NCBI GenBank assembly: GCA_951406725.2
Contig: OX597823.1
Location: 111,724,001-111,788,000 of the forward strand
Direction of reading: 5' to 3'
Length of the DNA stretch: 64,000 nt
Source of the DNA: Octopus vulgaris
Lineage: Eukaryota
Positions 1 to 16,253 of this stretch are shown here, piece after piece. Numbering within the stretch: the stretch's first letter is position 1; every line of letters starts with the position of its first letter. Under the pieces are notes generated by a model, which was not told the DNA's origin, ran no database searches, and was given only the letters and a program-made list of their open reading frames with translations. Made by a program: the position numbers and the translations under genes.

Positions 1-610
<610 letters not shown>

Positions 611-670
611 ATTATTATTATTATTATTGTTATTATGATTATTATTATAATTATTACTATTACTATTATT

Positions 671-729
<59 letters not shown>

Positions 730-745
730 CATAGTACTAACTATA

Positions 746-962
746 AGATGGTGAAGTGGCAGAATCATTAATGCCCTGACACAATATGCTTAGCGGCATT
801 TCATCCATCTTTACATTCTGAGTTCAAATTCTGCTGAGGTCAACTTTGTCTTTCATCCTTTCAGGGTCGATAAAATAAATACTAGTCAAGAACTGAGATC
901 GATGTAATCAATTTTGTCCCACCCCTCAAAAAACGTCTGTACCAAATTTTGAAACCATTATT
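746..962 (+). mobile_element. tRNA-derived SINE, family B (ATT-tailed)
   Basis: Head TGGCAGAATCATTA...GAGTTCAAATTC (A/B-box-like) and body shared with 9453, 15403, 17530, 48445, 50051. Confidence 0.8.
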
Positions 963-2700
963 ATATTCCTGACTAATCATGTAAATCAGCCCAGATATAG
1001 GAAAAATCAATGATTAAAGTTAATTCCAGCTGAGATGGTAATAACCACAGTTAAACCACATTGTCCAATTTTGCTGCTGCCAATCCCCAGTGGTCATGAA
1101 ACTATTTGCAATTTTTGTCAAGTATTGTTGGCTTCTCAAAGCTGTTAGCAACACACTTTGAGAAATCACGACTGTTTCTCATTGACAAGAACATGTTGAA
1201 AAGGAAGCAAGTTGTGATCTATAATGTGATTGAACAAAAGATGTTGAGGATTCTAAACTAACATTTGCTCTCAGTGTTGCGATGTAACTAGGTTTCACTT
1301 AAAGGGATTTTCCTCTTAGACCTGGGCTTTTGCAAGATCCTGTGTCTGATGGCTTTGATACTGATTTGAGTATGCAAAGGAAAGGCTTTTAACTCACTGG
1401 AATATCACTGGACCACATCCCTGTCACTGTAGCTATGACAGCATTATAGAATCTAACCTTTAAGACAGAAGAGCAAGATATGAAGGAAATCATCATGATC
1501 AGCATCATTATCATCATCATCATTGTTATTGGTGCTACATGGAGGGGCTGAACCCAAAACCTCAAGGCTGGGGAACAAACTTCTTAACCACACACCCAAG
1601 ACTATCCTGTCTTTTAGTCAGGCATGGTGTACCTGAAAATACATTATCCAATGTGTCTTACATTTTTAAGACAATAAGGATGAAATTTGAAAGAAATTTA
1701 GCTGCTATTTTTAACTGAATGAGCAACCACAAACAGGTTCCTCTCTTGTCTTTTTCTATTAAGTGATTAACACTATCAGCTCCACCCCCTCTATAAAATT
1801 GTAGTCAAGATCATTATTTAAATTATATTGTTTTATCTTCTGTTCTTGCCCACCCTCCCACACACACTCTCTTATCCACCCAATTCTTTTACTTATGGTT
1901 ATTTTGCTTTTACCTTTCAGTTTTTTTGTTTTTTTTTCCTGTTTCCTACTTGTAAGTGTGAGTGTGTTCTTTTAATAATGATGTAGCTTACCACTTGACT
2001 GGTTCTGGAAACTTCTAACGGCTACCTATTAATGTTAACAATCAATTAATTAAACAAAGACACAAAAACTCACACACACACACAAACACATACCAACATA
2101 CATACACACTCCTCCACACATACGTACAAGTGAGGTTGTATGTATGAGTGTATGTCTACGTGTGTGTGTTTGTGAGTACACACACAAACAAATGTATAAA
2201 TACACACATACAAGCACACATACATGCAAACACACAGATTCGTACATATACAATTCACGTATAATGACAAAGAAGAAATATTATTAATAGTATTGCAAAG
2301 ATTGGAAATCCAAGAAACCAAATATAAAGAACACAAACAAACTCGAACACACACGTATAAGGTATGTGTGTTGTTAGTTCATGGGTCAGCCGTATTTTAG
2401 GTGTTAGAGAATATATTCTGAACGTGCCTGGTGTTAAAAACACCTGAAAGTAAGTCAGAGACAGGTGAGACAACTCACATAAGGTCCCTTTTCGGAGTGA
2501 CAGACATTGAGGTTTCATCCTTGTTGTGACTTTTTAATGCCATGTACCAAACAAAGCCTGCCACAAGATACATCACTGACGATAACTATATGCTAAATGG
2601 TTTAAAAACCATCTCCTGGAATGCCCCAACATTTCATACCTTGAGCTGCTTCTAATTCATAAAAGAATATAAAATACCAAAAAAAAAAAAAAAATCATAT

Positions 2701-3150
2701 AGGCATAGGAGTGGCTGTGTGGTAAGTAGCTTGCTTATGAACCACATAGTTCTGGGTTCAATCTCACTGCATGGCACCTTCGGCATTTGACTGTGGCCAT
2801 GCTGGAGCACCACCTTTACGCGAGCAAATCGACCTCAGGACTTATTCTTTGTATGCCTAGTATTTATTCCATCGGTCTCTTTTGCCAAATTGCTAAGTTA
2901 CAGGGATGTAAACACACCAGCATCGGTTATCAAGCAATGTTGGGGGGGAGGGCAAACACAAACACACAAACATGCACATATATATATATACATATATACG
3001 ATGGGCTTCTTTCAGTTTCTGTCTACCAAATCCACTCACAAGGATTGGTCAGCCCGAGGCTATAGTAGAAGACACTTGCCCAAGGTATCACACAGTGGGA
3101 CTGAACCTGGAACCATGTGGTTGGTAAGCAGGCTACTTACCACACAGCCA
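2701..3150. mobile_element. SINE family A: plus-strand head (2701-2785) fused to a near-complete minus-strand copy (2785-3150)
   Basis: GGAGTGGCTGTGTGGTAAGTAGCTTGC head recurs more than 10 times in the window. Confidence 0.85.
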
Positions 3151-3574
3151 TTCATACGCCTTAGTGAAAAACTTTCGAATATCAACACTATCTTTTCAAA
3201 TCTTGCTGCATCTTATCTGGAAATCTTAGTCCTCCAAAGTCATTTTGCTGTGTAAGTTGGCCAATCATTCTTTGACTATAATTTTTGATCTAAAAAGTCT
3301 GACTCATATTCTGGGAAAACACAGTATTTGCTTTCATCTATATAAAGAAGGCAGGGGGATTATTAAAGTTCCATATTTCTGAATTCCAGTCATCCCTCAC
3401 TTGAAATAGGAAGTTGGTTTTTGATGCTAAAAGTTTATGAAACACTATGTAATTCTATAGATGTGCCACTGTTAAGAGTACCAAATTGTTTTTCTTTACC
3501 ACATTCATAATAAAGTCCAGAGTCTAACATGACAAATTCTTTTGTTGTTCCAACCCTCTGAATTTTATTCTCAA

Positions 3575-3972
3575 CTAGCAGTATCACCAGGCGTTGCTCG
3601 AGCTTGTTTTCTTTTTGACCCTTTAGAATTGGAATTTTTGAAAAGTAAAAATTTTGCATTATGTAGCTTGTTATTCTCTTTAAGTGAACATTTTTCTGGT
3701 TCAAATACACCGAAAAATGGCGACACAGCAGTCAAAAAGTCGTATAAAATAGGTATTTTCATAGAAAAAAAGCACCTATTTGATGTAAATAATTTTTGGT
3801 GTTAACATGGTCTGATATGAATTTTTTCTTCTACGGAAGGAAGAGCAAGCCTTCTTCTAGCATACTCTCAATTTTGGTCAACTTGTACGGCAGGGTCTCG
3901 GAGGCGATAGTGTTAGTTGAAGGCTACCAAACCTGCCACACACAGACAACTTCAGCTTTATATATAGAGAGA
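3575..3972 (-). mobile_element. Non-autonomous Helitron
   Basis: Minus strand begins A|TCTCTCTATATATAAAG and ends with a GC-rich hairpin region then CTAG|T; second copy at 18372-18763. Confidence 0.85.
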
Positions 3973-3996
3973 TTATATTTATTTATCTATTTGTTA

Positions 3997-4303
3997 AGTG
4001 GTTAGAATACTCAGATCAAGATCACAAGCTTGTGAGTATAGTACATAGTGGTATGTCATGACCTTGAGCAAGATACTTGTTTTTCACGTTACTCCAATCT
4101 ACCCAGCAGGTAAAAATGAGCTGTACCTGTAATTCAAAGGGCCAACCTTGCCACATTCTGTGTCACACTTAGTCTCCTTGAGAACATCATTAAAGGTACA
4201 CGTATCCATAGAATACTCAGCTACTTGCAAAATTAATTACTTGAGCAGGTTGTTCTTTTGATCAGTTCAACTAGAACACTCATCATTGGAACCAACAGAA
4301 TGC
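3997..4303 (+). mobile_element. Degenerate tRNA-derived SINE, family E
   Basis: AGTGGTTAGA head and CCTTGAGCAAGATACTT core shared with 54865-55192. Confidence 0.6.
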
Positions 4304-4349
4304 TAATAATGTCTATTTCATACTGTAGATTATTAACTATAGTATTGTG

Positions 4350-4756
4350 CTGTGTCTGGGGTGAGTCATTTTCTTTTTGTGCCTTATAATTAAACACACT
4401 GACCGGTAAAATTTCCACTTATTCCTTATTTTTATTTTCCTAAAATTTTCGGTGCATCTTGCAACCTTTTCGATAGTTTAACACTCACTGGTAAAATTTC
4501 CACTTATTCCTTATTTTTATTTTCCTAAAATTTTCGTTGCGTCTTGCAACCTTTTCAATAGTCAAAACTATTGAAAAGGTTGCAAGACACTACAAAAATT
4601 TTAGGAAAATATGAATAAGGAATAAATAGAAATTTTACCAGTGAGTGTGTTACATTATAAGGCACAAAAAAAAATTACTCTCCCCAGACATAACAGAATA
4701 TGCTTCAACACACGAACTCACATAAAGAATCTTGCAAACCATATCCAAAAACGAAA
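4350..4756. mobile_element. Fold-back (inverted repeat) insertion with 12-bp target duplication, PLE-terminus-like
   Basis: Arms 4350-4562 and 4567-4700, internal ~83-bp tandem duplication, flanked by TATAGTATTGTG at 4338 and 4757. Confidence 0.7.
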
Positions 4757-5279
4757 TATAGTATTGTGTGTTACAGGTTTCTAGAGGACTGATCTCTGCT
4801 TTTCTGAAGGTTGGAATGACAAGAAAGCATATCTAAACAAATATTGTGAGAGATTTTACTTGAAATTGTCTTTGTTTTGCTCATTGCTTTGTTCATAGTT
4901 TACAATAAGAATGCTTCTTTTCTAACACAAATACTCTGAAGAAATGCATGAACTTCACATATTCTTATCTCTCTTCTTTCGTAAATCAAATATATTACAT
5001 ATAAGTGAGACATCACATTGTTAAAGGTGTAGTGGATGTTTTCATTGAAGTGGGGGAAGCTGATAAAAAAGGGAAAACAATATGAAATAAAGAAAAACTA
5101 AACGGTAAGGCCAAGTTTAGTGGAAGCTAGATCTGTTCAGTGTCCATGTCCCACACTGCCATTACCATTCATTACCCTACATCACACAGCCTTACCCCTA
5201 ATTTCAGTATTCAATTTACAGTCCACGTTGGGTGTGACTCATACTGAGAGATATTGGGGATAGAATCTCATCATTCATT

Positions 5280-7510
<2,231 letters not shown>

Positions 7511-8054
7511 TACGCACACATGCATTTGTCTCTCCGTGTGTATCGATATATATGCAAAAACAACATAACAAGCGGAATTCAACACAACGAAAGTCAATGA
7601 AGACATACAACAGCAACAACGACAACAACAACAGCACCAACAATAATAACAGCAATAAGCGAAACATTTGAATTGTCTAATCTATGAAGTGATTACTGAT
7701 TGTTTTGATGGCGTGGGGAGGGGGGATTGGGGGGGAAACATCGGGGGGGGGGGGTGACTGTGTGATTATAATCACTGGGTGATTGTGTGTCATGTTGCAT
7801 GTAGTAGTCTATGTTGGTAGTTGTGATGCTCATAGTAGAGACACATAGATTATATTGTATCTGATGGCAGCAGTAGTAGTGGTGGTGGTGGTGGTGGTGT
7901 TAATCATGATGTATCGCATGTAGTTTTTTTTCTTATTCTTGTATTTGTTGTAGCTGTTTTAACTTACTCTGTCTTGGTTTTCTGGTCTTTAGTTGTGATG
8001 GTTTTTGTTGTTAATCATAATGCATTGTTTAATGTTGTTGTTGATTTTTTTTTT

Positions 8055-8193
8055 ATGATGATGATGATGATGGTAATGACGATGATGACGACGATGATGA
8101 TGATGGTGATGATGACAATGATGATGATGGTGACGATGATGATGATGACGAAGGTGACAATGGTGATGACGATGATGATGATGACGATGGTGA

Positions 8194-8224
<31 letters not shown>

Positions 8225-8237
8225 GATGGTGATGATG

Positions 8238-8269
<32 letters not shown>

Positions 8270-8346
8270 GGTGATGATGATGGCGATGATAATGACGATG
8301 ATGATGATGTTGATGATGAAGATGATGACGATGTTGATGATGATGG

Positions 8347-8404
<58 letters not shown>

Positions 8405-8424
8405 GACGATGATGATGATGATGG

Positions 8425-8455
<31 letters not shown>

Positions 8456-8475
8456 GACGATGATGATGATGATGG

Positions 8476-8506
<31 letters not shown>

Positions 8507-8537
8507 GACGATGATGATGATGATGATGATGATGATG
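8055..8537. repeat. (GAT)n microsatellite
   Basis: Direct reading; source of the poly-Met ORF. Confidence 0.97.
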
Positions 8538-8979
8538 CTAATATTTTTTTCTGGTTTGTTTTGTTTGCTAGTTTATGACTTTTGTTCTGGTTCTTGTTAT
8601 TGTTGTTGCTGCTGCTGCTGCTGCTACTACTGCTGCTGGATGTGATAATGATGGTTGGAATTGTTATACCTTATGTTGTTCTTGTATTTGTTATTGTTAT
8701 TGGTGGTAGTGGTTGTAGTTATTACTGTGGGTATTGCTAGTGATACAATTTGTTGTTGTTGTTGTTGTTATTGGTGTTTGTGATGACTGTAATGATTTAT
8801 TGTAGAACTAGTAAGGAAAATGGTTGTTGTTGTTGTAATCATGGTTGTAGTGATGCTGATGGGTGTAGTAGAGTTTGGGGGTTGTGGGGAGGTGCTGGTT
8901 GTGTTCATGGGGGTGGGGATAGTAATTATAGCTGTGATTTTTCGTAATGTTCTTGGTGATGTTAAATCCCAGAATAAAC

Positions 8980-9152
8980 ATGATCAATAAGACCAGTGAT
9001 TAATGGCATTCCAACCAGGACCATCCTGTCTCTCCTTTTCCATATGCAGAAATCTAGGACCACATGATATATGTGTTTTCCTAAGTAAGTAGGGTGAGAT
9101 CTTGGGGAACTTTGGCTGCTGTTTCTAGCAGACTTAGCAACTGTGTACAGGT
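8980..9152 (+). mobile_element. Interspersed repeat family F (unclassified, SINE-like)
   Basis: GACCATCCTGTC...GGCTGCT(A/G)TTT motif order shared with about 1600-1742 and 35755-35915. Confidence 0.55.
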
Positions 9153-9452
9153 TTTGTTATTGCCTTGATTTTGGTATTGTTGTTGTTGTTATTGCTGATA
9201 ATGATTTTGGATGGAAGTGATGTTGGTGTTAATGTCTGTAAATGTAGGTCTCAGAATTATCTCCATAATCTTATCTCTCATATGGTGGTCAGTTTTGGAT
9301 AAATGGGTTTGGCTTTTTCCATTATATAATATTATGCATTTGCAGTGATCACAGCAATGATGATGGACTTTCTGTCAAAATTAAGCCTTATGATTAAACC
9401 CCTTTATTAATGCTTAGCTCTCAATTTGGTGCCATTATCTACATGCTGCCCT

Positions 9453-9572
9453 AGGCGGCAAGTTGGCAGAATCGTTAGCACTCCAGGAGAAATGCTTTGC
9501 AGGTATTTAATCTGACGCTAGTTTTGAATTCAAATTCCCCCAAGGTCGACTTTGCCTTTCAGCCTTTCAGGG
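9453..9572 (+). mobile_element. SINE family B, 3'-truncated
   Basis: AGGCGGCAAGTTGGCAGAATCGTTAGCA head. Confidence 0.8.
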
Positions 9573-9973
9573 CTCTTTACTCTTTTACTCTTTTATTTGT
9601 TTCAGTCATTTGACTGCGGCCATGCTGGAGCACCGCCATTAGTCAAGCAAATCGACCCCGGGACTTATTCTTTGTAAGCCCAGTACTTATTCTATCGGTC
9701 TCTTTTGCCGAACCGCTAAGTGACGGGACGTAAACACACCAGCATCGGTTGTCAAGCAATGCTAGGGGGACAAACACAGACACACAAACACATATATATA
9801 TATACATATATACGACAGGCTTCTTTCAGTTTCCGTCTACCAAATCCACTCACAAGGCATTGGTCGGCGGGGCTATAGCAGAAGACACTTGCCCAAGATG
9901 CCATGCAGTGGGACTGAACCCGGAACGATGTGGTTGGTTAGCAAGCTACTTACCACACAGCCACTCCTGCGCC
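9573..9973 (-). mobile_element. SINE family A, full length
   Basis: Head to (GTAAAAGA)n tail on minus strand with internal TA microsatellite. Confidence 0.9.
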
Positions 9974-10330
9974 TACATAATGATTTTGGATGGAAGTCAT
10001 GTCGGTGTTAATGTATATCGCTTTTTCAAGAACATTTATAGACTGACAACCAGCCTATACAGGAATCTCTACATGGTTGTTAAATCTGTATGAAAACGCA
10101 GACAACTCTTCCACAAATATTATCTTGTTTGAATAATTGGTTAATATAGAAGATAAGCGAATACTTAATTCACTATGACAGAAAAGAAATCAAATTAGTT
10201 ACAATTAAAATGTTAGATGAACAATGTTTTCAAAGCAAAAAGACATATTTGTTAAACGTGTACGAACATTGGTGAAAAATAAAAATCATGGGACTTTGTA
10301 CCAAGTGGAATCCAAAACATATATAAATAT

Positions 10331-10658
10331 AGGTGCAGGAGTGGCTGTGTGGTAAGTGTGTTCTACTATAGCCTTGGGCCAACCAAAGCCTTGTGAGTGG
10401 ATTTGGTAGATGGAAACTGAAAGAAGCCTGTCGCATATATGTATATATGTGTGTGTTTGTCTTCCCTCCCCCTCCCCAACATCGCTTGACAACCAATGCT
10501 GGTCTGTTTACATCACTGTAACTTGGCGGTTCGGCAAAAGAGACTGATAGAATAAGTGCTAGGCTTACAAAGAATAAGTCCTGTGGTCGATTTGCTCAAC
10601 TAAAGGTGGTGTTCCAGCATGGCCACATTCAAATGACTGAAGCAAGTAAAAGAGTAAA
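10331..10658 (+). mobile_element. SINE family A (internal deletion)
   Basis: Similarity to other copies. Confidence 0.85.
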
Positions 10659-10788
10659 TTGCCTTAGGGAATCTAAAAAATAGTCACACAAACATTACTA
10701 AACAATGCCATTTACAAATACTTTATAGAAATATAGAAATTTACAGGAGAAAAGGAATGCTTATAATAACAACACCAAAGAAGACACC

Positions 10789-10819
<31 letters not shown>

Positions 10820-11119
10820 TAGAGAGGTACAAGCACCTACACACACATATACACACACGACAGTAACTTCTGCCTAGCAAATTCAATCACAAAGCTTCGG
10901 TCGGTTCAGGGCTAAAGCAGAAGACACCTGCCCAAAGTGCCATGTGGTAGAACTGAACCTGAAACCATGTAGCTAGGAAGCAAGCTCCCTAACCACACAG
11001 CCATGCCCGTGCCTAAAAATGCATGTACATATGCACAGCGCTATGTGTGTGGCAAGCTTTCTACGGCCAGATGCTCTTCCTGACACCAACCCCCACTTGT
11101 TGCCAAGCGAGGTAGTTTT

Positions 11120-11160
<41 letters not shown>

Positions 11161-11549
11161 GATTTCATTTTACAATGACATAGGTTTGTGCAGAATGCAT
11201 TAAAAAATTCATGCTTCTCATACAGAAATAAGCTTCATTATATATGAAACAAATTGTTTTGAAACCTGTAATGCAACACAAATTGAATTAAATCACCATT
11301 AGGGACCTAAAAAATTTTAACATCAGGCTTGACATTTCTAAAACAATAAGTCAGGGAACATTTTTACTACCACAACACTGGATACTAACTGTTCCATATG
11401 ATACACACATCATATTAAACAAATGCTTTCACAAGGTGTTCTTGAAATATTCATACCCAACATATTAGTATAACAAATGATATTTATAAACTAACAGAAG
11501 TAACTACACTTGAAATTCAAAATAAAAACAAATATTGCAAAGTACTTAA

Positions 11550-11769
11550 CCCTTTCTTTACTGTATTTATTTTGAGATGCTCTGTGTTTCTTTCAATTAC
11601 TTTAAATATAACAAAGAATTTAGTAAAATAACTTAGTTATCATTCAGCTGGTGTTAGGAACATAAAGTGTGACTAAGGTTCAGTGGAAGATTTTTGTTCA
11701 AAACTTTTGAAAACAAGACATTTGTACTCAGAGCCAGAGCTGGTTTCAGCCGAGTTGGTAACGAAAGGG
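11550..11769. mobile_element. piggyBac-like MITE
   Basis: TTAA|CCCTTTCTTTAC...GTAACGAAAGGG|TTAA terminal inverted repeats with TTAA duplication; partial inverted copy at 26862-27011. Confidence 0.85.
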
Positions 11770-12094
11770 TTAAATATTATATTTATAAAACATCAACCTA
11801 CCAACTTTCTTACCAGGTTGTGCAGCTCAGCTATCATACTTCAACATTCTTAAAGCACCTCAATTGAATTAATCTCCTATGATTGGATACCACCTGATAA
11901 AGTTAACAAAGAGTACCAATAACATCATATCATCAAAACTAAGCACCCTTTATATCCTAAAACGTTTGCACAAACATGCCTCACTAAACCAACTACAACA
12001 ATTCTTTTGTAGATCGCCTTCTCTATTGACATTGGTAACAAACATTTGACTAACAATCTCCAAATGTATTTTAGACAGCTTACCATTTATTATC

Positions 12095-12130
<36 letters not shown>

Positions 12131-12179
12131 AATTAAGAAATAGTAATAAAAAAAAAAACACTTTACAAAATTAAAAAAT

Positions 12180-12960
12180 ACACAATGGGACAAGTTCCAT
12201 AAAGAAACAGGATCAAGGCTTTCAGATTTCAGCAACTCCACAATAAGCAATATAGACATTGCAGGGAATATACTCAATAAAATAATTATAGACACATCCA
12301 GAAAAAGCATTCTGTAGGGGAAAATAACATGAAAAAATACAACTCCAATTAAACACCAGAAATAGCCAACCTCGTAAAACTTGGAAACAACTTCAAACAC
12401 GATATACAAAAACTACACACAATCAAAATAAAACTCAATATCAAAGAACTATGCATGGAATTAGCAATAATAAATAATATAAAATATATCATAGGGAAAC
12501 AGAAAACTGACATATAAATGAACCAAATGCATCCAGCATAAGACAAAAACCTAACATAAATCACAAAAAAGAGATAATCCACAGCAACAAAACCAATGGT
12601 CACACCACACCCCATAGCACAGTATTAACATCAAATAATATGAAACACTGATGTCCAAGCAAAAACCCATATCAAAATTCAAGCAAAAGCCCTAATCAAA
12701 AATCAGCCACATAAAGGGAGCTGGAAAGGGAAATGAAACAAGCACACTTTCCATGTAGTTCTGATCCCTTCCTTCCACCTGACACACAAAAGTTTTGGAA
12801 CCTGATAGAAATCGCATTCAGGCAAAACAGCTCAATCTAAAGAAATCACTGCAGACATGGATGTTAACATGTACCAACATCGCAAAATTCCTGGAACCTA
12901 GAATATGGATAAAATCATTACAATTTTAAAGATCTGCAAAAGCCAAGTGAAATACTTTAT
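12180..12960 (+). pseudogene. Highly degraded LINE ORF2 remnant (inter-domain region to start of RT, possibly I/Jockey group)
   Basis: QWDKFHKETGSRL...ILNKIIIDTSRKSIL*G and a later KIITILK resemble LINE inter-domain/RT-start motifs; many stops. Confidence 0.35.
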
Positions 12961-13093
12961 AAAGGGTTCCCACACTTCTATGGACACACAAAAATTCTAG
13001 GAAGGTTAATCCTTGACATCACAAACAACCCCTCTAAACAATAACAAATTCTGGCTATTACACTTCTCATAAGTTAAAAACTCTTTATATATA

Positions 13094-13305
13094 AAGAGAT
13101 GCAGCACGGAATTTTGTCTGTGAACAGGTCGCAGTCTCTAAGCGAGGAAAATATTTTGACAAATTAAATTTAAATATCGAAGTGAATCTAACGGTTTTTA
13201 TGTGTTTCTTAAATGGCTTATAAACACCTTCTATGCTGCAATTGTTTTTGTTCCAGCACCCGATCTCAGATCAGGTCACTTGCTATGCAAGTACATCTCC
13301 GTAAA
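13094..13305 (+). mobile_element. Short PLE-terminus-like insertion with 12-bp target duplication
   Basis: TCTTTATATATA at 13082 and 13306; contains a hammerhead-like motif. Confidence 0.6.
13112..13164 (+). ncRNA. Hammerhead-like motif, G3-C8 core variant
   Basis: TTTGTC-t-GTGAACA-g-gTCGC(agtctctaa)GCGAg-GAAA-ATAT-TT-tGACAAA. Confidence 0.5.
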
Positions 13306-13418
13306 TCTTTATATATATATATATTTCATCAACAAAATACATCTCCCAAACACATTATTTAAATTCTATGGACATCAGCAAAGATTTTGACTCCATCTTC
13401 TGCTAACCACTCATATAT

Positions 13419-13820
13419 AGGTGCAGGAGTGATTGTGATAAGTGCAGGAGTGGCTGTGTGGTATGTAACTTGTGGGACCAGTCCCACTTCGTGGCACCTT
13501 GGGCGAGTGTCTTCTACTATAGCCTTGGGCCAGCCAAAGCAATTTGAGTGGATTTGGTAGATGGAAACTGAAAGAAGCCCGTCGTATATATTTATATGTA
13601 CATATGTGTGTGTGTGTTTGCGTGTCTGTGTTTGTTCCCCCAATATTGCTTGACAACCAATGCTGGTGTGCTTATGTCCCTGTAACTTAGTGGTTCGGCA
13701 AAAGAGACCGACAGAATAAGTACTAGGCTTACAAAGAATAATTCCCGGGTTCGATTTGCTTGACTAAAGGCGGTGCTCCAGCATGGCCACAGTCAAATGA
13801 CTGAAACAAGTAAAAGAGTA
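13419..13820 (+). mobile_element. SINE family A
   Basis: Head (duplicated) to GTAAAAGAG tail. Confidence 0.85.
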
Positions 13821-14134
13821 TATCTGTCCACAGGTTATCTTTTCTGCCCTTCAGTTCTTCCGGTGCATCATTTTGCTTCTTCATAGATGCTGCTTGGCAT
13901 GAGTTGTATGACGGTTGTCCTTTCAACTCTTATAAATTTCCTGACCTGTCTTTTGTAGCTCAAGCTTATGGTGTTTGCCATTCTTGTGAAAGGTGGCATT
14001 CAGTCATTTGATCTGATTCTAGATATTTTCGTTTCTATTTCTGATGCTTTTTCTGATCACAGTAATGGCAGTGGTGGTGTTTGAGCGAGTGTCAGTAAGA
14101 ATTGTGGCCCTTATCACACATTGCTACTACAGTA

Positions 14135-14137
<3 letters not shown>

Positions 14138-14170
<33 letters not shown>

Positions 14171-14545
14171 AATTATTGTATACAGTGCTCAGGTGCACCA
14201 CAACTTGTCAAAAGTACGTATAAAGCATATGCAGTAATGTACAAATGTCTGGAAAGTGAACAGTGTATGAGTCAGATAGATGCTTGCGTGTGTATGGAGG
14301 GGAGAAAATCAGGTGTAGTGTTGGCGAATCTCAGGAAGCATGGAAGTTTTGAAGGATGCAGTGCTCCGACAACTAACAACTGATGCCGGCAGTTTGTTCC
14401 ATGCTTCAGCAACTCTTAGTGTGAAAAAATGTTTCCGAAAGTCATGGGAGCTGTACTGTTTTCTGACTTTGTAAACATGTCCACGGGTGTTAGACAAGTG
14501 GAGTTTGAAAAGGTGCTCAGAGTTATTGTGAGTAAGATGGTTGTT
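14138..14545 (-). mobile_element. CR1-group LINE 3' end with (ATT)n tail
   Basis: TRGHVYKVRKQYSSHDFRKHFFTLRVAEAWNKLPASVVSCRSTASFK* is the typical CR1/L2-group ORF2 C-terminus. Confidence 0.85.
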
Positions 14546-14717
14546 ATGAAAGTGATGACCATGGTATTTGTCAACAACACAAAAGTTTGTTTGCTCACGA
14601 CTGAATTGGTAATAACTGCATTGATTTTGACATGACATTTTGTTGCCGTTGACCTTATTATTATTATAATTATTATTATTATTATCATTTTTATTATTAT
14701 TATTATTATTTTTATTA

Positions 14718-14774
<57 letters not shown>

Positions 14775-14803
14775 TTAATATTATTATCATTTTTATTATT
14801 TTT

Positions 14804-14834
<31 letters not shown>

Positions 14835-14869
14835 TTATTATCATCATTATAATTATTATGATTATTATT

Positions 14870-15288
14870 ACAACAAGGACCTCAAACAGACAGTATTTTA
14901 TAAAATAGGTGTGCAGTTCAAAGTAATGCCAATTTTGTAATACACCTAGACTGAAAGGTATTTCTAAAGTTTTCAGATGTTTTTCAGATTGGCTGGTATT
15001 GAATCCAATGCTCTCATGACAAAAGGGATGACCTTTATGCTCGCCCTTTTCTCTTTCTTTCATGATGATATATTGTAGGCATTCTTGTTTGTCCCTCCTA
15101 AAGGTTACTATATCCAACCTTCGGTGCTCTAATACATTGTCTGTCTAGAAGTCAAAGTCCCAGAGGATTTTTGCCTTCCCCTTTTTGTCCATTACCTTTT
15201 CCAGCGTATGTTGGTACCAAGCACTCATAACCTCATAACCATACTTGCAGCATTGTAGCCAGTGGAGTCTTTGTGCTACCTTTTTGGT
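14870..15288 (-). mobile_element. Degenerate R4/Dong-like fragment in (TAA)n
   Basis: KVAQRLHWLQCCKYG...KILWDFDF*TDNVLEHRRLDIV; TTA tracts on both sides. Confidence 0.75.
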
Positions 15289-15295
15289 ATTATTA

Positions 15296-15648
<353 letters not shown>

Positions 15649-15709
15649 CATTATTATTATTATCATTATTATTATCATTATTATTATTATTATTTTTATT
15701 GTTATTATT

Positions 15710-16144
15710 GAGTGAGAGAGCAGTGCATGCCATCAAAGTGACACTGGGGTAAAATATACAAAGCCCAGTATACCCATCATGAGTACCCGTCTGATAAGGG
15801 TACACCTGGCACATGCATCACAACCATATGTGCGTGATATGGTGATCTCATATCAAGATAAACAGCGCATGACCTTGCAGGTGGGGTCCAGTTAGAATTT
15901 TCTTCTGGTCGAGTAGCACATCCTGCTCAAAAGGTCCCTGAATAAGGATTGTTTAAGGATGTTGAACAAACCCCTCTGTTTCCAAAGGTGATTTATCCAA
16001 ACCTCCAAGAATTCCTTTCAACACATGGCTATGATACACATGTTGTCAGCCACTAAGGGACATGGTCAACTGGTTAAGGTCAAACAACTGACAAGCAAAT
16101 CTGTCGTATTGAGCAGAATATTTACGGTAGCCCATCTTTTATAC
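15710..16144 (-). mobile_element. Non-coding insertion in (TAA)n, probably the 3' UTR of a TAA-targeting LINE
   Basis: Complex 435-bp sequence sharply bounded by TTA tracts; no ORF; strand inferred. Confidence 0.45.
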
Positions 16145-16253
16145 TATCTTTTATTATTATTATTATTATTACTATTATTATTATTATTATTATCTTAGTA
16201 TGTTTATATATTCGTTATGCAAGATTTTTTATGTGAAGTCGTGTGTTGAAACA

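Noticed and set aside
1088-1173. hAT/MER5-like MITE ends (CAGTGGTC...TTTGAGAAATCAC)
   Set aside because: TIRs too imperfect, no target duplication, single copy
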